Positions 28,901 to 42,510 of a stretch of 64,000 nt of DNA are shown here, piece after piece. The first letter of the stretch is position 1. Each line of letters begins with the position of its first letter. The notes below the pieces were generated by a model. That model was not told the origin of the DNA. It saw only the letters and a list, made by a program, of their open reading frames with translations, and made no database searches. The position numbers and the translations under genes were made by a program. The stretch lies in assembly GCA_964016885.1 (NCBI GenBank), contig OZ024741.1, positions 128,774,001-128,838,000 of the forward strand. The letters are read 5' to 3'. The stretch comes from Eledone cirrhosa (taxonomy: Eukaryota).

Positions 28901-29646
28901 GCACTCTGCCACCATTACCATCATCACTATTCTAACCCCTATACCACCACAAGTATCTGCAGGAGTAGAGAAAAAAAACTGGACAGTAAATAGTCCATTT
29001 CACCCTGCCCCCCCACCATAGAATTGCTCACTGCATGCTAAAACATACAGTCAAAAATATACAATATGTCCTGACTGTTACACTACACATTATAAAATGC
29101 ATTATTGCAGTTTCTGCATGAGTAGAGTGAAAGGTGGCAGTGGGGAAATATAAGCAGAGTGTCACACTTTATATCATATGGTGTATCATTGCATGTTGCA
29201 GTGTGCAGTATGGTCCTTTGTTAAACAGAGATATGATATATCTGGAGAAAATGGACCTGTGGCTGGGAAAATGGACCTGATCATTGGGTCAAATACCACC
29301 ACCAACATTGCCACTGCCACTATCACCACTGTCACAACCATCACTACCACAATCATGACCACCAGCACCAAAACCAGCATGACTACATTCACAACTACTA
29401 TCACCACTACCACCACCATCACCACCACCACCAACACCATCATCACCACCAACACTATCACCACCACCACCACCACCACCACCACCACATCAGAATGGTG
29501 GCTTTCATCATATATAGAGAAATTTTATACAATTATCTGTTAAATGGAATTCTCTAGATTTCTGCAGCTGTGACTAAAACAATACTACAAGTTGATAAAA
29601 CAAACAAAAATAACAAATATACTAATAGAATTGGCAACAAGAATGA

Positions 29647-29693
<47 letters not shown>

Positions 29694-29789
29694 CATATAT
29701 ACATACACATATACAATATATGTGTGTATCTGTGAGAGTGTCTATTTGTGTGTGTGTGTGCATGTATGTAGGCATGTATATATATATAT

Positions 29790-30982
29790 GTCAGGTCACC
29801 AGTTGGTGCTACTGGTAACATGTATCCCAGTACAACCTGTCTCATGGTCGGGTCGTTGGCGACTAAACTGGCAACCCCACCAAGGTTTCTTGGTGAGGAG
29901 GGTGACTTTGGACATCCTGCAGGACTAAAAACAAAACCTGTCAAAGGGCAAAGGAGCTCTTAAGAGTCAATGGCCATCCAAAATCACCGGGAGAGATGAC
30001 CCCTTAGCCTTTGTCAAGGCAGAATTCTAGGAGAAGGAAAACTCTGATATAACACCTGCAACCCTGATGGTATCCAATGATGTTGACTTGTTCTTCTTTT
30101 TGGTAAATATCATCTTGGTTAAGAGAGTGGGACTGGCTTTGTGCAGTGCCTTTGCTCACTATAAAAGCTTCACGGCACAGGCATTGCTTTATATCTGGAG
30201 ATCTCTCTGCACTTGTCGTCACATGGTACCATGGGCCCAGCACTATGTGTCAATAATTGTCACAGGTGTAGTGTTTGTACCAGAGTTTTCAAGTCGCTGG
30301 CTGGACTAAAAAGTCACAGTCGTTCAGCGCATCGGTAGGGGTTCTCCTACATGGATATAAAGTAGTGGCCGTACTCGAAAACGAGTTGGCAGCCACCATG
30401 TATATGTATGTATATGTATATGTGTGTGTATGTGTATGTGTATGTATGTATATATGTATATATGTGTATGTATATGTATGTGTATGTATATGTATGTATA
30501 TGTATATGTGTATGTATGTGTGTGTGTATGTATGTATATATGTGTATGTATGTATATATGTATATATATATGCCCGGGAGAGATGACCCCTTAGCCTTTG
30601 TCAAGGCAGAATTCTAGGAGAAGGAAAACTCTGATATAACACCTGCAACCCTGATGGTATCCAATGATGTTGACTTGTTCTTCTTTTTGGTAAATATCAT
30701 CTTGGTTAAGAGAGTGGGACTGGCTTTGTGCAGTGCCTTTGCTCACTATAAAAGCTTCACAGCACAGGCATTGCTTTATATCTGGAGATCTCTCTGCACT
30801 TGTCATCACATGGTACCATGGGCCCTGCACTATGTGTCAATAATGGTCACAAGTGTAGTCTTTGTACCAGAGTTTTCAAGTCGCTGGCTGGACTAAAAAG
30901 TCACATTCGTTCAACGCATCGGTAGGGGTTCTCCTACATGGATATAAAGTAGTGGCCGTACTCGAAAACGAGTTGGCAGCCA

Positions 30983-30986
<4 letters not shown>
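29790..30986 (+). mobile_element. RTE 5'UTR-like element with 413-bp tandem duplication (29987-30399 / 30574-30986)
   Basis: ctaggagaaggaaaactctgatataa and ggcaaccccacc resemble RTE 5'UTRs. Two near-identical 413-bp copies are separated by a TG/TA microsatellite. Confidence 0.7.
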
Positions 30987-31051
<65 letters not shown>

Positions 31052-32734
31052 GAGAGAGAGAGAGAGAGAGAATCTGTTTGATGGTCGGTATCAACACAAA
31101 TTGTATTTATTGGTATAGAAATAAAATTAGTTAAGTTGATTTCTGTGAGAAGTTTCCAGCATTTCAAGGAAAGTCCATCTTCAAGGAGAGTGAAAATGTC
31201 TAGTGTATATTTATTATTTAAGACTTATATATAACATCATTTTATGTCCACCTTTTTCCATACTTGGCTGAGTTGAACATGTCTTTTCCAGCATCTCTCT
31301 GAGGTTCAATGATTTGAGATCAGTTCTACCAACCTTGTTTTAGTTACTTCCTTAGTTTCTCTCTACTGCAGCTTCCTTCCACTGGGATTTCTTGGCAGGA
31401 AGGATCTGTAAAAGTGGTTGATAGCTTCTACTAGCTAGATGATCTAATTAACAATAGAGGAGGTTTGGTTGAGGATGGAAAAAGTTCAATAAGTTACTAC
31501 CTCTGTTGAACTCATGAAAGCATGGAAAGATGGACATAAAATAATGATGGGGATGATGATGATGATATATATCATCATCATCATCATATATATGTAATTA
31601 ACCAAATGGGACCGTCAAACACCTAATCTGAATGTAGATACACATAGAATATGTAGATACACTCTGAAAACAAAACAAACAAACACTTAATCTAAATACC
31701 AGTGTAGGGGAGACAGAATTTTTCAAACTGCAGTTGTTATATCATGCAGTTTCTGTATAAGAATAAACAATAGACAATATTTATTATTATTATCTACAGT
31801 GGCTATGACACCGTTGTGTAATAATCTATACCAACCAGACCCACTCCCGTGATTAACATATAAATTTATTTTAAAATACTAGACAGCTATTCCAGCTAAC
31901 CAAAATAAACAATATATGACTAAATATAAAATACTATAAACGAAATAAAACTTTAAATTTTATCCTAAATCTTGGACAAATTCTTCAGCAGTATGTACAC
32001 CAAACATTTTCACTCTCCTTGAAGATAAGAATAAGAACAGGATGGAAAAGGTTCAGTGAGTTACTACATCTGTTTACAACAAAAGGTTTCTTTCTATGAA
32101 CAAAAGGCCAGTGGTATGGTGCCTGTGTGCAATGTGCAATATTGCATGGCAGTGATGCATGGGCTGCAACATTTTTACCTGTTTTTATTCACTGAAGGAG
32201 TAGTGTTTCATATCTATGATTAGTTGTCTCTCTTCCTTAATACATCTCCTGTGTTATTTGCAGACTGAAAACTTCTACTTACAGGGCTGCTTGGTTCTTT
32301 GAGGACATTTGCTTGATTTTAGTAAAAGACACAAAAGTCATGAAAAAAAAGCTTTATTTGAGAAAAAATTGGCATAAATAATCTTGGTTTTTCTTGATGT
32401 ATATACTCAATGAATCAACCATTAGCATTGATGATTACTTCATTTCTGTCCACTGCAACCATGCGGTAGTTTGTGCCTGATGTTCTTTTGCTTGGCAGAG
32501 AACGTTCTCCCACACTGTCCATGCTTGTATCATTGTGGGAGTGATGCTATAGGTTGCTGATATCTATGTCATCTGTACATACACACACACATATCTCCAT
32601 CCTTTTGTTTAACATATTTATGTGGCCTTTAGGTGTCTTTAACAGGGTGCACTCTGTTGCAAGAATTTAAGCCAGGTCTCCTGTTTGACGATATCTTTCG
32701 CCATCTCAATTTCACTTCCTCTCACCTGTTTAAG

Positions 32735-33062
32735 ATGATGAAAAAGGTCACATAGACACTGCCTTTTTTCTCACCCTCCCACCAGTCTCAGAGATGCTGA
32801 AAAGAATTGTATAGACATTGCCTTCTTTTCCACCCTCCCATCAACCTCAAAGATCCTGAAATGGGTCACATAGACAATGCCCTTTTTCCCACCTTCCCAC
32901 CATCCTCAGGGGATCCTGAAAAGAATTACATAAACAGTGCCCTTTTTTCCTACCCTCCCACCAGCCTCAGATTCTTGAAAAGGGTTACATAAACACTGCC
33001 CTTTTTCCCTCACCGTCCCAACTATCTCAGAAACCCTGAAAAAGATCGCATAGGCAGTGCTC
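32735..33062. repeat. ~60-bp degenerate minisatellite, 5-6 copies
   Basis: ctgaaaag..tcacatagacactgcc..ttttcc.caccctcccacca.cctcagagat repeated. Confidence 0.85.
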
Positions 33063-33697
33063 TTCATTCTCTGATTAAACAAGTAGTAGAAGAATGTTGA
33101 CGCAAGTATTGCTGGCCATTCTCTATAACAACACCTTAGCCACAATGTCCAAAGATGCGCAGCTAAAAGATAACTCTCAGACAGGGTGTGAAATGTCTCA
33201 CTCCGACTTCCCTTTCCCTTTCTTTCATTGCTTAATTACTTTTTTCTTTTTCTTATTTTTTCTTTATCGTTTTTATTTGTTCTTATAATTCTTTCAAGGC
33301 GGCGAATTGGCAGAGTCATTAGAATGTCGGATAGAATGCTTTGCAGCATTTGTTTCAATTCTCTGCTCTCTGAATTCAAATCGCGCCAAGCTCAACTTTG
33401 CCTTTCATCCTTTTGAAGTTGATAAAAAAAAGTACCAGTCAAGTACTAGGGTTAACTCTTCCTCTATATCTTTTTTCTCACTTCCATTCTCTCACTCTCT
33501 ATCCTTCTCTGGAAGAAATCTGCTGTATTCAGACTTAGAGAAGTGTTGGGCCTTGCCAGGCTTAAGATGCCCAAGAAACACCATAAGTTGCTACGGTACT
33601 TCTATGACTTCATCAGGAGTTATGGAGACCATACATACTTACCTAATTCTTTCATCCTTTCTTTTTCATCTTCTTACTTTTGTTTCTGTATTTCCAG

Positions 33698-33779
33698 GCT
33701 CATTCCAAATCTGACCTCAGACCTGGATGTCATCCTGTGAAAGATGCTGAGGTTTATGACTGTGTTAATAGAATGACAT
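33698..33779 (+). CDS. RECK: RECK exon (CC2 second half), AHSKSDLRPGCHPVKDAEVYDCVNRMT
   Basis: tttccag acceptor, gtaagt donor, 82 nt, phase 0 to 1. Aligns by eye to human ASSKNDISKVCRKEYENALFSCISRNE. Confidence 0.92.
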
Positions 33780-34174
33780 GTAAGTACTACGAGTGTGTAT
33801 ATATATATATATATATATACACACACATGCATATATACACACACTCATACATGCATATACACACACACACACACACATGCATATACTCATACACACACAC
33901 ATGCATATATACATACACACACATGCATATACACATACACACACACATGCATATACACATACACACACACATGCATATATACATACACACACATGCATAT
34001 ACACATACACACACATGCATATACACATACACACACTGCACTACACCACTAGAACCACCACCTCCACTTCTGCCCTTCTAAGCACATTTATATACTTCTA
34101 CCCACCACATGGACACAGGCTACCACCACATACAACTGATGTTATCCCTCCGTACCCACACACACACACCTTAC

Positions 34175-35304
34175 GCCACCACCACCACCACAACAACCAC
34201 TACCTCAACCACCACCACCACCACCACAACAACCACTACCTCAACCACCACCACCACCACCACAACAACCACTACCTCAACCACCACCACCACCACCACA
34301 ACAACCACCACCTCAACCACCAAAGTCACCGCAACCACAGTCACCACCACCTCCACTACAACTACCACCTCAACCACCACCACTACAACGACCACGACCA
34401 CCACCACCACTACAACCACCACCTCAACGACCACGACCACCACCAAAGTAACCAAAACTACAGTCACCACTACCACTACACCTACACCTCAACTACCACC
34501 ACCACCACCAGCACCGCAACCACTACCACCACCACCACCACAACTACTACCGCAACCACCACCACCACCACAACTACTACCGCAACCACTATCACCACCA
34601 CCACTACAACTATCACCTCAACCAATACCACTACAATCACCACCACTACCACCCTCACCTCAACCCCCACTCCACCACTACAGTCACTGCCACCACCTCT
34701 GCCTCGACCACCACTCCACCACTACAGTCACTGCCACCACCTCTGCCTCAACCCCCACTACCACCACTACAGTCACTGCCACCACCACAATCACCACCCC
34801 CACCTCAACCCCCACTACCACCACTCCACCACTACAGTCACTGCCACCACCACCTCCACCTCAACCTCCACTACCACCACTACAGTCACTGCCACCACCA
34901 CAATCACCACCCCCACCTCAACCCCCACTACCACCACTCCACCACTACAGTCACTGCCGCCACCACCACCACCACCTCCACCTCAACCCCCACTACCACC
35001 ACTACCAGCACTACAGTCACTGCTACCACCGCCACCACAATCACCCCCCCCCCCACTACCACCACTAGAGTCACTGCCACCACAATCAACCCCACCCCCC
35101 ACAATCACCACCACCACCACCACCACCACTACAGTCACTGCCACCACCACCACCACAATCACCACCTCAACCCCCACTACCACCACTACAGTCACTGCCA
35201 CCACATCACCACTACCACTTCCACCCTTCAAACTACTCTTATATACTTCCACCCACCTCATGTACAAAGACCACCACCACCACCACCACCACCACCACCA
35301 CCAC
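34175..35304. repeat. (ACC)-based compound repeat with ccactacagtcactgccaccac subunits
   Basis: Directly visible; strongly C/A-skewed. Confidence 0.95.
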
Positions 35305-35500
35305 ATAAATCTGAGTTAACCCCTCCCTACCAAAGCCACCTCCTTTCCCCCAAAGCTTTCTTCATTATCTACAATGACAGGTGAAGCATGCCTCTTCAAT
35401 ATCACACAACAGTGTAATAACCCTATTAGCCCCCTACAAAACAAATATATCTATTTTAATGTGTTTAAATTCATCTAAAACAGTCCTCATGATTCCTTGG

Positions 35501-37038
35501 AAGAACCTTTGTTAAGTTATGTTCCAAATACTAGCTTAAGAATAAGAAAGTTATATTACTACAGCCATATAAGAACCTTTGCTAAGTTATGTTCCAAATA
35601 CCAGCTTAAAAATAAGAAAGTTATATTACTACAGCTATATAAGAACCTTTGGTAAGTTATGTTCCACATACCAGCTTAAAAATAAGAAAGTTATATTACT
35701 ACAGCCATATAAGAACCTTTGCTAAGTTATGTTCCAAATACCAGCTTAAAAATAAGAAAGTTATATTACTACAGCCATATAAGAACCTTTACTAAGTTAT
35801 GTTCCAAATACCAGCTTAATAATGAGAAAGTTATATTACTACAGCCATATAAGAACCTTTGCTAAGTTATGTTCCAAATACCAGCTTAAAAATAAGAAAG
35901 TTATATTACTACAGCCATATAAGAACCTTTGCTAAGTTATGTTCCAAATACCAGCTTAATAATGAGAAAGTTATATTACTACAGCCATATAAGAACCTTT
36001 GCTAAGTTATGTTCCAAATACCAGCTTAATAATGAGAAAGTTATATTACTACAGCCATATAAGAACCTTTGGTAAGTTATGTTCCAAATACCACCTTAAT
36101 AATGGAAAGTTATATTACTACAGCCATATAAGAACCTTTGCTAAGTTATGTTCCAAATACCAGCTTAATAATGAGAAAGTTATATTACTACAGCCATATA
36201 AGAACCTTTGCTAAGTTATGTTCCAAATACCAGCTTAAGAATAAGAAAGTTATATTACTACAGCCATATAAGAACCTTTGCTAAGTTATGTTCCAAATAC
36301 CAGCTTAAAAATAAGAAAGTTATATTACTACAGCCATATAAGAACCTTTGCTAAGTTATGTTCCAAATACCAGCTTAATAATGAGAAAGTTATATTACTA
36401 CAGCCATATAAGAACCTTTGCTAAGTTATGTTCCAAATACCAGCTTAAAAATAAGAAAGTTATATTATTACAGCTATATAAGAACCTTTGCTAAGTTATG
36501 TTCCAAATACCAGCTTAATAATGAAAAAGTTATATTACTACAGCCATATAAGAACCTTTGCTAAGTTATGTTCCAAATACCAGCTTAAAAATAAGAAAGT
36601 TATATTACTACAGCCATATAAGAACCTTTGCTAAGTTATGTTCCAAATACCAGCTTAAAAATAAGAAAGTTATATTACTACAGCTATATAAGAACCTTTG
36701 CTAAGTTATGTTCCAAATACCAGCTTAATAATGAGAAAGTTATATTACTACAGCCATATAAGAACCTTTGCTAAGTTATGTTCCAAATACCAGCTTAAAA
36801 ATAAGAAAGTTATATTACTACAGCTATATAAGAACCTTTGCTAAGTTATGTTCCAAATACCAGCTTAATAATGAGAAAGTTATATTACTACAGCCATATA
36901 AGAACCTTTGCTAAGTTATGTTCCAAATACCAGCTTAATAATGAGAAAGTTAGTTATATTACAACATCCATGTAAGAACCTTTGTTAAGATATGTTCCAA
37001 ATACCAGTTTATTAACAAGAAAGTTAGTTATATTACTA
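35501..37038. repeat. 70-bp tandem satellite, ~21-22 copies
   Basis: aagaacctttgctaagttatgttccaaataccagcttaa(aaataa/taatga)gaaagttatattactacagccatat starts at 35501, 35571, 35641 and so on. Confidence 0.98.
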
Positions 37039-37187
37039 AATACCTAAAAATTCTTGATTATATTCAAAATTATTTGAAAACCATAGGCAGTATCTTTCAT
37101 TATAAATATGGTAAAGAAAAGGTTAATAAGTTTTTATAGGGAGATAACTTTAATCAATAACAACAGATCTTTTGGGTGTTAAATGGA

Positions 37188-37236
<49 letters not shown>

Positions 37237-37758
37237 GTGATGTCTCTATATTTGTTATTGTCACAAGAGGGAGACCATTTCTCCTCACCAGCACACCACC
37301 ACCACCACACCACAACATACCATCACACCACCACCTTCACCAATACCACCATCACATCCTCACAACACCACCACTGCTTGGTTTCCTTTCATGTCTTGTC
37401 TTTCTTATTGCTTTCTTTCTTTTTTCTTCCTTCCTATTTTTCTTTGTTCTTTAACCCTCCTCCCTCATTCTTCTTCCTTTTTTTTCATAATTTCTTCTTT
37501 CTATCAGGTTTCCTGTCTTTTCCTCCTTCTTTTCTTCCCTTTTTATTTTCCTTTTTCATTTCTCACCCTAACTCCTCTTTTGAGGGCATAAGAAACATCC
37601 ACCCTCTACTTTTTCTTGTTTTTGTTTTTAATAGAGGTATGTTGCTTTTTCCCTTGCTCTTTCTTGGGTAAATTCCTTAAGCAAGGAGACATCCTCTTTT
37701 GTAACAAACCACTTATATACTACTTTTGTTTTAACTTGGAACAGACCCATATCTGGTA

Positions 37759-38124
37759 CAGTAAAACCTCGCAGTACGAGCGCCCCATTGTATAAGTAAT
37801 TTGCTGTATGAGCGTGCAAATTTTTGTCTTATAGTACAAGTGAGAATCCGCAGTACGAGCCAATTTCATACTATTAATAAAACCAGTTTACATATTTCTT
37901 TTGCATTCTCATTTATTATGTTTTTTATAGTTGTCATTTTCCTTGTAACTGCACCTTTTCTGTTTTAAAACCCATAAAAATGATATTTGGGTGGTTTGGG
38001 GGGCTGGAACGGATTATTTATATTTTAATTAATTTCAATAGAGAAATTTGATTTGTAAAACGAGTAAATCGTAAAAGGACCTCAGTCATGGAACAAATTA
38101 AACTCATACTGCGAGGTATCACTG
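37759..38124. mobile_element. pogo/Tigger-type MITE
   Basis: TA|CAGTAAAACCTCGCAGTACGAG ... CTCATACTGCGAGGTATCACTG|TA terminal inverted repeats with TA duplication. Confidence 0.9.
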
Positions 38125-38533
38125 TACCTCTTTACCATTCACAATACTAGCTAAAGATGAGTTGCAGTTGTTGTTGTTGTTGGTACATTTGTTATTGTCA
38201 TAAAAATTTGTATTTTCAACATTTTTCTTTTGTGTTTCTCAACATTTATCTGAGTCTAATTGTTATTTTTTTCTGTTTCCCTCTTTCGTTAAGCTACCAC
38301 TCTGTAAGATAAAAGGAAAAGTTAATCTCATTTGTATCCTAGTATATCTCACACACACACTCTTTCTCTCTCTCTGACTTTCTCTCTTTCACTCTGTATC
38401 TCCCCCCCCCCTCTCTTTCTCTCTCTCTCTGTCTCTGTCTGTATGTCTTTCTCTCTCTACACCTTTTGCACTTTCTATATTTTCCACCACTCTAGCATCC
38501 CAATAATGTTCTCGCTCTCTCTCTCTCTCTCTC

Positions 38534-38618
<85 letters not shown>

Positions 38619-38649
38619 CTCACACTATCTATATTTTCCACCACTCTAG

Positions 38650-38850
38650 CATCTCAACAGTGTTGTTCTGCTGACAAGGCCCCTACCCCCAGTTGCCAGG
38701 CTCTCTGCCAGAATCTCTACCTAACCAATACTCTCAATAGTCATGACCAGTTGCAAGCATTGGTACAGCACTGCTCTATAAAGAGTCAAGCCATGGTGTT
38801 GTGTGTGCTGGCACAAGCTAAACCTGCACATGTCCGCAATATCAATGAAT
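38650..38850 (+). CDS. RECK: RECK exon (CC3 domain), SSQQCCSADKAPTPSCQALCQNLYLTNTLNSHDQLQALVQHCSIKSQAMVLCVLAQAKPAHVRNINE
   Basis: ctctag acceptor, gtaagt donor, 201 nt, phase 1 to 1. CC-C-C-C-C six-cysteine spacing of a RECK CC domain. Confidence 0.92.
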
Positions 38851-38956
38851 GTAAGTACCTGCTTTTCTTTTTGCTGTTATTGGTGTTGTTGTCCTTGTTG
38901 TCACCATTATTACTGATGTTGTTGCTGTTAATGTTGCTGCTGCTGTCATTGTTATA

Positions 38957-39014
<58 letters not shown>

Positions 39015-39484
39015 TGTGGTTGTGTAGGTAACACGGTAAAAAGCTCCCAGTCCACACTGTAAATGTGGTTGGTGTTAGGAAGGGCATCCAGCCATATAAA
39101 ACCTGCCAGATAGTCCTATACAGGCGAGACACGGTCACCCGACTAATCTTGCCTCAAGTGGGAGATCTCTCGTCTAACCCGATGATGACATAGGAAGAGT
39201 GTCCAGGAATAGAAAACTTGTCAAACACTTGGTAAAGTGGCTGGTAGTAGGAAGGGCATCCAGCCATAGAAAACCTGCTAAACAAAGGGTAAGTAGAACA
39301 CGTCAACCATATCATAGATATTATGACCTCCAATAACCCAACCAATAATAAAACTGAAGTGAAACACAACAGTGTGTGTTTTATTGGCAACATGACCCTC
39401 CCCAAATGTACCAATATCTGTTTCAACACACGATTTCACATCAAGAGTCTTGCAACACAAATACAAAAATTAAATATATATATA

Positions 39485-39928
39485 TCTAAACTATAATAAA
39501 GGGAGGAGTGCGGGACAGCATCCAGAATATATTTTTTTATCCCGTTTGTAAAATAAGTTGGATTACTTTGAATAAATAATGATTGAATATTACATAATTT
39601 ATCTACTAAATTTCATTATTCTTGATTAAATATAAATAATTTTGTCGCTTATTTTAAGATTCACTTCTTTAAAATGTTCAAATGTCAACACTTCCGGTTA
39701 GCGATCGCTTAAATAAACAGTCATATATTTCCGTCAATGGATTACTTTACTGATTACATAAGACAGTGTAACGCAGTCTTCGTTCTATTTCTGTGTATAT
39801 TGTCAATTACGATTTTATTTGATGTATCCTATCTACATTCATATATATACTTGCTATAATATATACTTGCTATAATACACACTACACAGGCTAGCAGAAA
39901 ACCACGCCAAGGGTGGTTTTTCTGCTCG
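39485..39928 (+). mobile_element. Non-autonomous Helitron, second copy
   Basis: A|TCTAAACTATAATAAAG ... ctagcagaaaaccac..gtggtttttctgCTCG|T; colinear with 12153-12707. Confidence 0.85.
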
Positions 39929-40145
39929 TATATATAATAAATCAAGATGGATACAGTAAGAAACTAGTTAGACCATTACTAACCAGAGTACTTGATACTT
40001 GGAGTAGTAGAGTGTGGTTATATGAAAGAGTCAGGACGACGGCTGAGCCCTTGCTATTTCAACAGCTAGTTCCAGACTCAGAAGTCTGGAACTAGCTGTT
40101 GACACGGCAACAGCTCAGCCATCAGGGTTCTGACTCTCTCATATA

Positions 40146-40183
<38 letters not shown>

Positions 40184-40186
<3 letters not shown>

Positions 40187-41498
40187 ATAAAAGAGAAAAC
40201 ACAGGTAAGCATTAAAAAAAGGATTTTATCCAGGTATTTACGACCGTTTCATTGGTAAGTGCAACCTTATATTGCTATACTGCAAATAGCAGCCACTCAA
40301 TAATAATTGTTGTACACATCCAAATTTTCAAAATAGTGAATAAGTTACTCTTAACAAGTTCTTAATATATAGATCTGACAGCTGTGGATCAGCTCTATCT
40401 TTTTCAGTGAGAAAAACATCTATTTCGTTTCGGAGCTTGTAAAAACGAAACAGGACCTTACCACAGCTGAGCCAACTCACTGCTGTGTGATAAGGCAAGT
40501 CACAGAAATCAGAATCAATTTCTTCAAGAAAAGCCTGGAACTGACGGTGATTGAGTGCATGTCCCCGAATGAAGTTCACAGCAAAGTTTTCTGCACTTCC
40601 ATGAAAATGTATTTTCCAGTTGTTGTTCCATGCATGCAGCAAATGGATGCCAACTCTTCCGTTATCTGAAAGTCCAAATTGACACCATGAATGAACACGA
40701 GAAGTTGTGATGTACTCGAGAGATCAGTAGACTCATCTAGCGCCAGAGAATACCACAACAAGTTCCTAGCTTTCTCGCGTATCTGTAGCACTATGTTCTC
40801 TCCTAGTTCTTCTGTTCTCCGCACAACTGAACTTGCCGAAAGTCTGATACTTCCAAACAAATCGGCTTTCTCAGGACACAAGTCATTTGCTGCTTCCATC
40901 ATATACTCTTTGATGAAGTTGCCATCAGTAAACGGTTTTCCTCGCTCTGCCAACTTATGCACTATTTTGTAACTTGTACGAGTGACAGATTCATTTTCAG
41001 CAAACTTTCTCGTGAAGAGATTTCTTTGAGTTTTTAAACCACGTTTCATGGACTCATATTTCTCAGAGCGTAACTTTCCAGAAAACTTTGAATATGTTGA
41101 TAGATGTTTTGTTTCATAGTGACGCCGAAGATTGTACTCTTTCAAAATGGCAACAGTTTCGCTGCATACCACGCAACTAGCTTTCTGGTCCTATGTTTCC
41201 ACAAAGATGTACTTTACTCCCCATTCTTCATTGAAAATGCGACACTCGGCGTCCACTTTTCTTTTCTTAGTAGCCATAATAAAGGGTGAAGAAAATGGGA
41301 TCTGAAAATGAAAAAAACATTGAATTAGAAACATCTCGTGTTCCATCCGTTTTATCACGCAAATGCACGTACCGTCGGCGGGCCTGATGAACTGACATCG
41401 CGGGCCTGATCCAGCCCGCAGGCCATAGTTTGATGACCCCTGATTTAGAGTGTAGTGAGTTAAAGAGAATTAAATTGTTTATAGTGGGAGAGATGGAG

Positions 41499-41554
<56 letters not shown>

Positions 41555-42510
41555 AGAGAGAGAGGGGAGAGATAGAGAGATAAATATATATATATATTAA
41601 AAAAAAATAATAATAATAAATAAATAAAAATAAAATAAAGAAGAGGGGGAGAGAAAGAAGAAAAGAAAAGACAAAAAAGGGAGAGAAGAAAGGAAGAAAA
41701 CGAAAAGAAATAGAAAAGGAATGAAGGAGAAGGGAGGGATATACGTATTGGTTTTTGTGGGTAATTAAAGGGGTTGTAAACATTAAGAGGGTAGAAAGTC
41801 TAAGTATATGCAGTTTGTCAGGTGGTAGTAAGAGGTTAAGGGTTCGATTTGCACTTGTAGTGCGAAAACTTTTCTTTGAGTCTATGGTTACAATAAATTG
41901 ATCTTTCGATTTTATTGTTGAGTAACTTATTCTTAGAACTCAAAATGTGGAACAGCTCAAGGTCACATAATCGACAGCTTCTCATACGACTCCGATATGG
42001 GGGCGCGTTCGATAATTTTTTCCACTTCAGGGTGTATTGATGGTTACTTTCCCTCAGTTGCCAGGTCTTGTTCGCAAGGGTAGTTACATAACGATGCTGG
42101 GAATGTTTCATTGCGTAACGGTGTGTATACCTCCACTTTCTAATTCCTCTTCCTCTCTCTCTATACTAGCAAATACAATTCCAAAAAATGTTTTTCTCTA
42201 TATTAAGAACTTGTTAAGAGTAACTTACTCACTATTTTGGAAATTTGGACGTGTACAACAATTATTATTGAGTGGCTGCTATTTGCAGTATAGCAATAAA
42301 AGGTTGCACTTACCAATGAAACGGTCGTAAATACCTGGATAAAATCCTTTTTTTAATGCTTACCTGTGTTTTCTCTTTTATCCATTACACTCCAAGATTG
42401 AACGTGATTCTTATAAACTTGTGGAGTTACCCCTAACCGTACGTTGAAACTGTCCATGAAACTGGCTGTCTTAACAACGAACTGGATTACAATAAGCAAT
42501 TTCTGCTTCC

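Noticed and set aside
33793-35319. 508-aa His/Thr/Pro mucin-like ORF following a RECK exon
   Set aside because: Low-complexity repeat. The RECK exon ends at a strong gtaagt donor at 33780 and splices in frame to 38650.
35501-37038. CRISPR-like regular array (also 27643-28169)
   Set aside because: Units are contiguous with no unique spacers, there are no cas genes, and the context is a eukaryotic intron.
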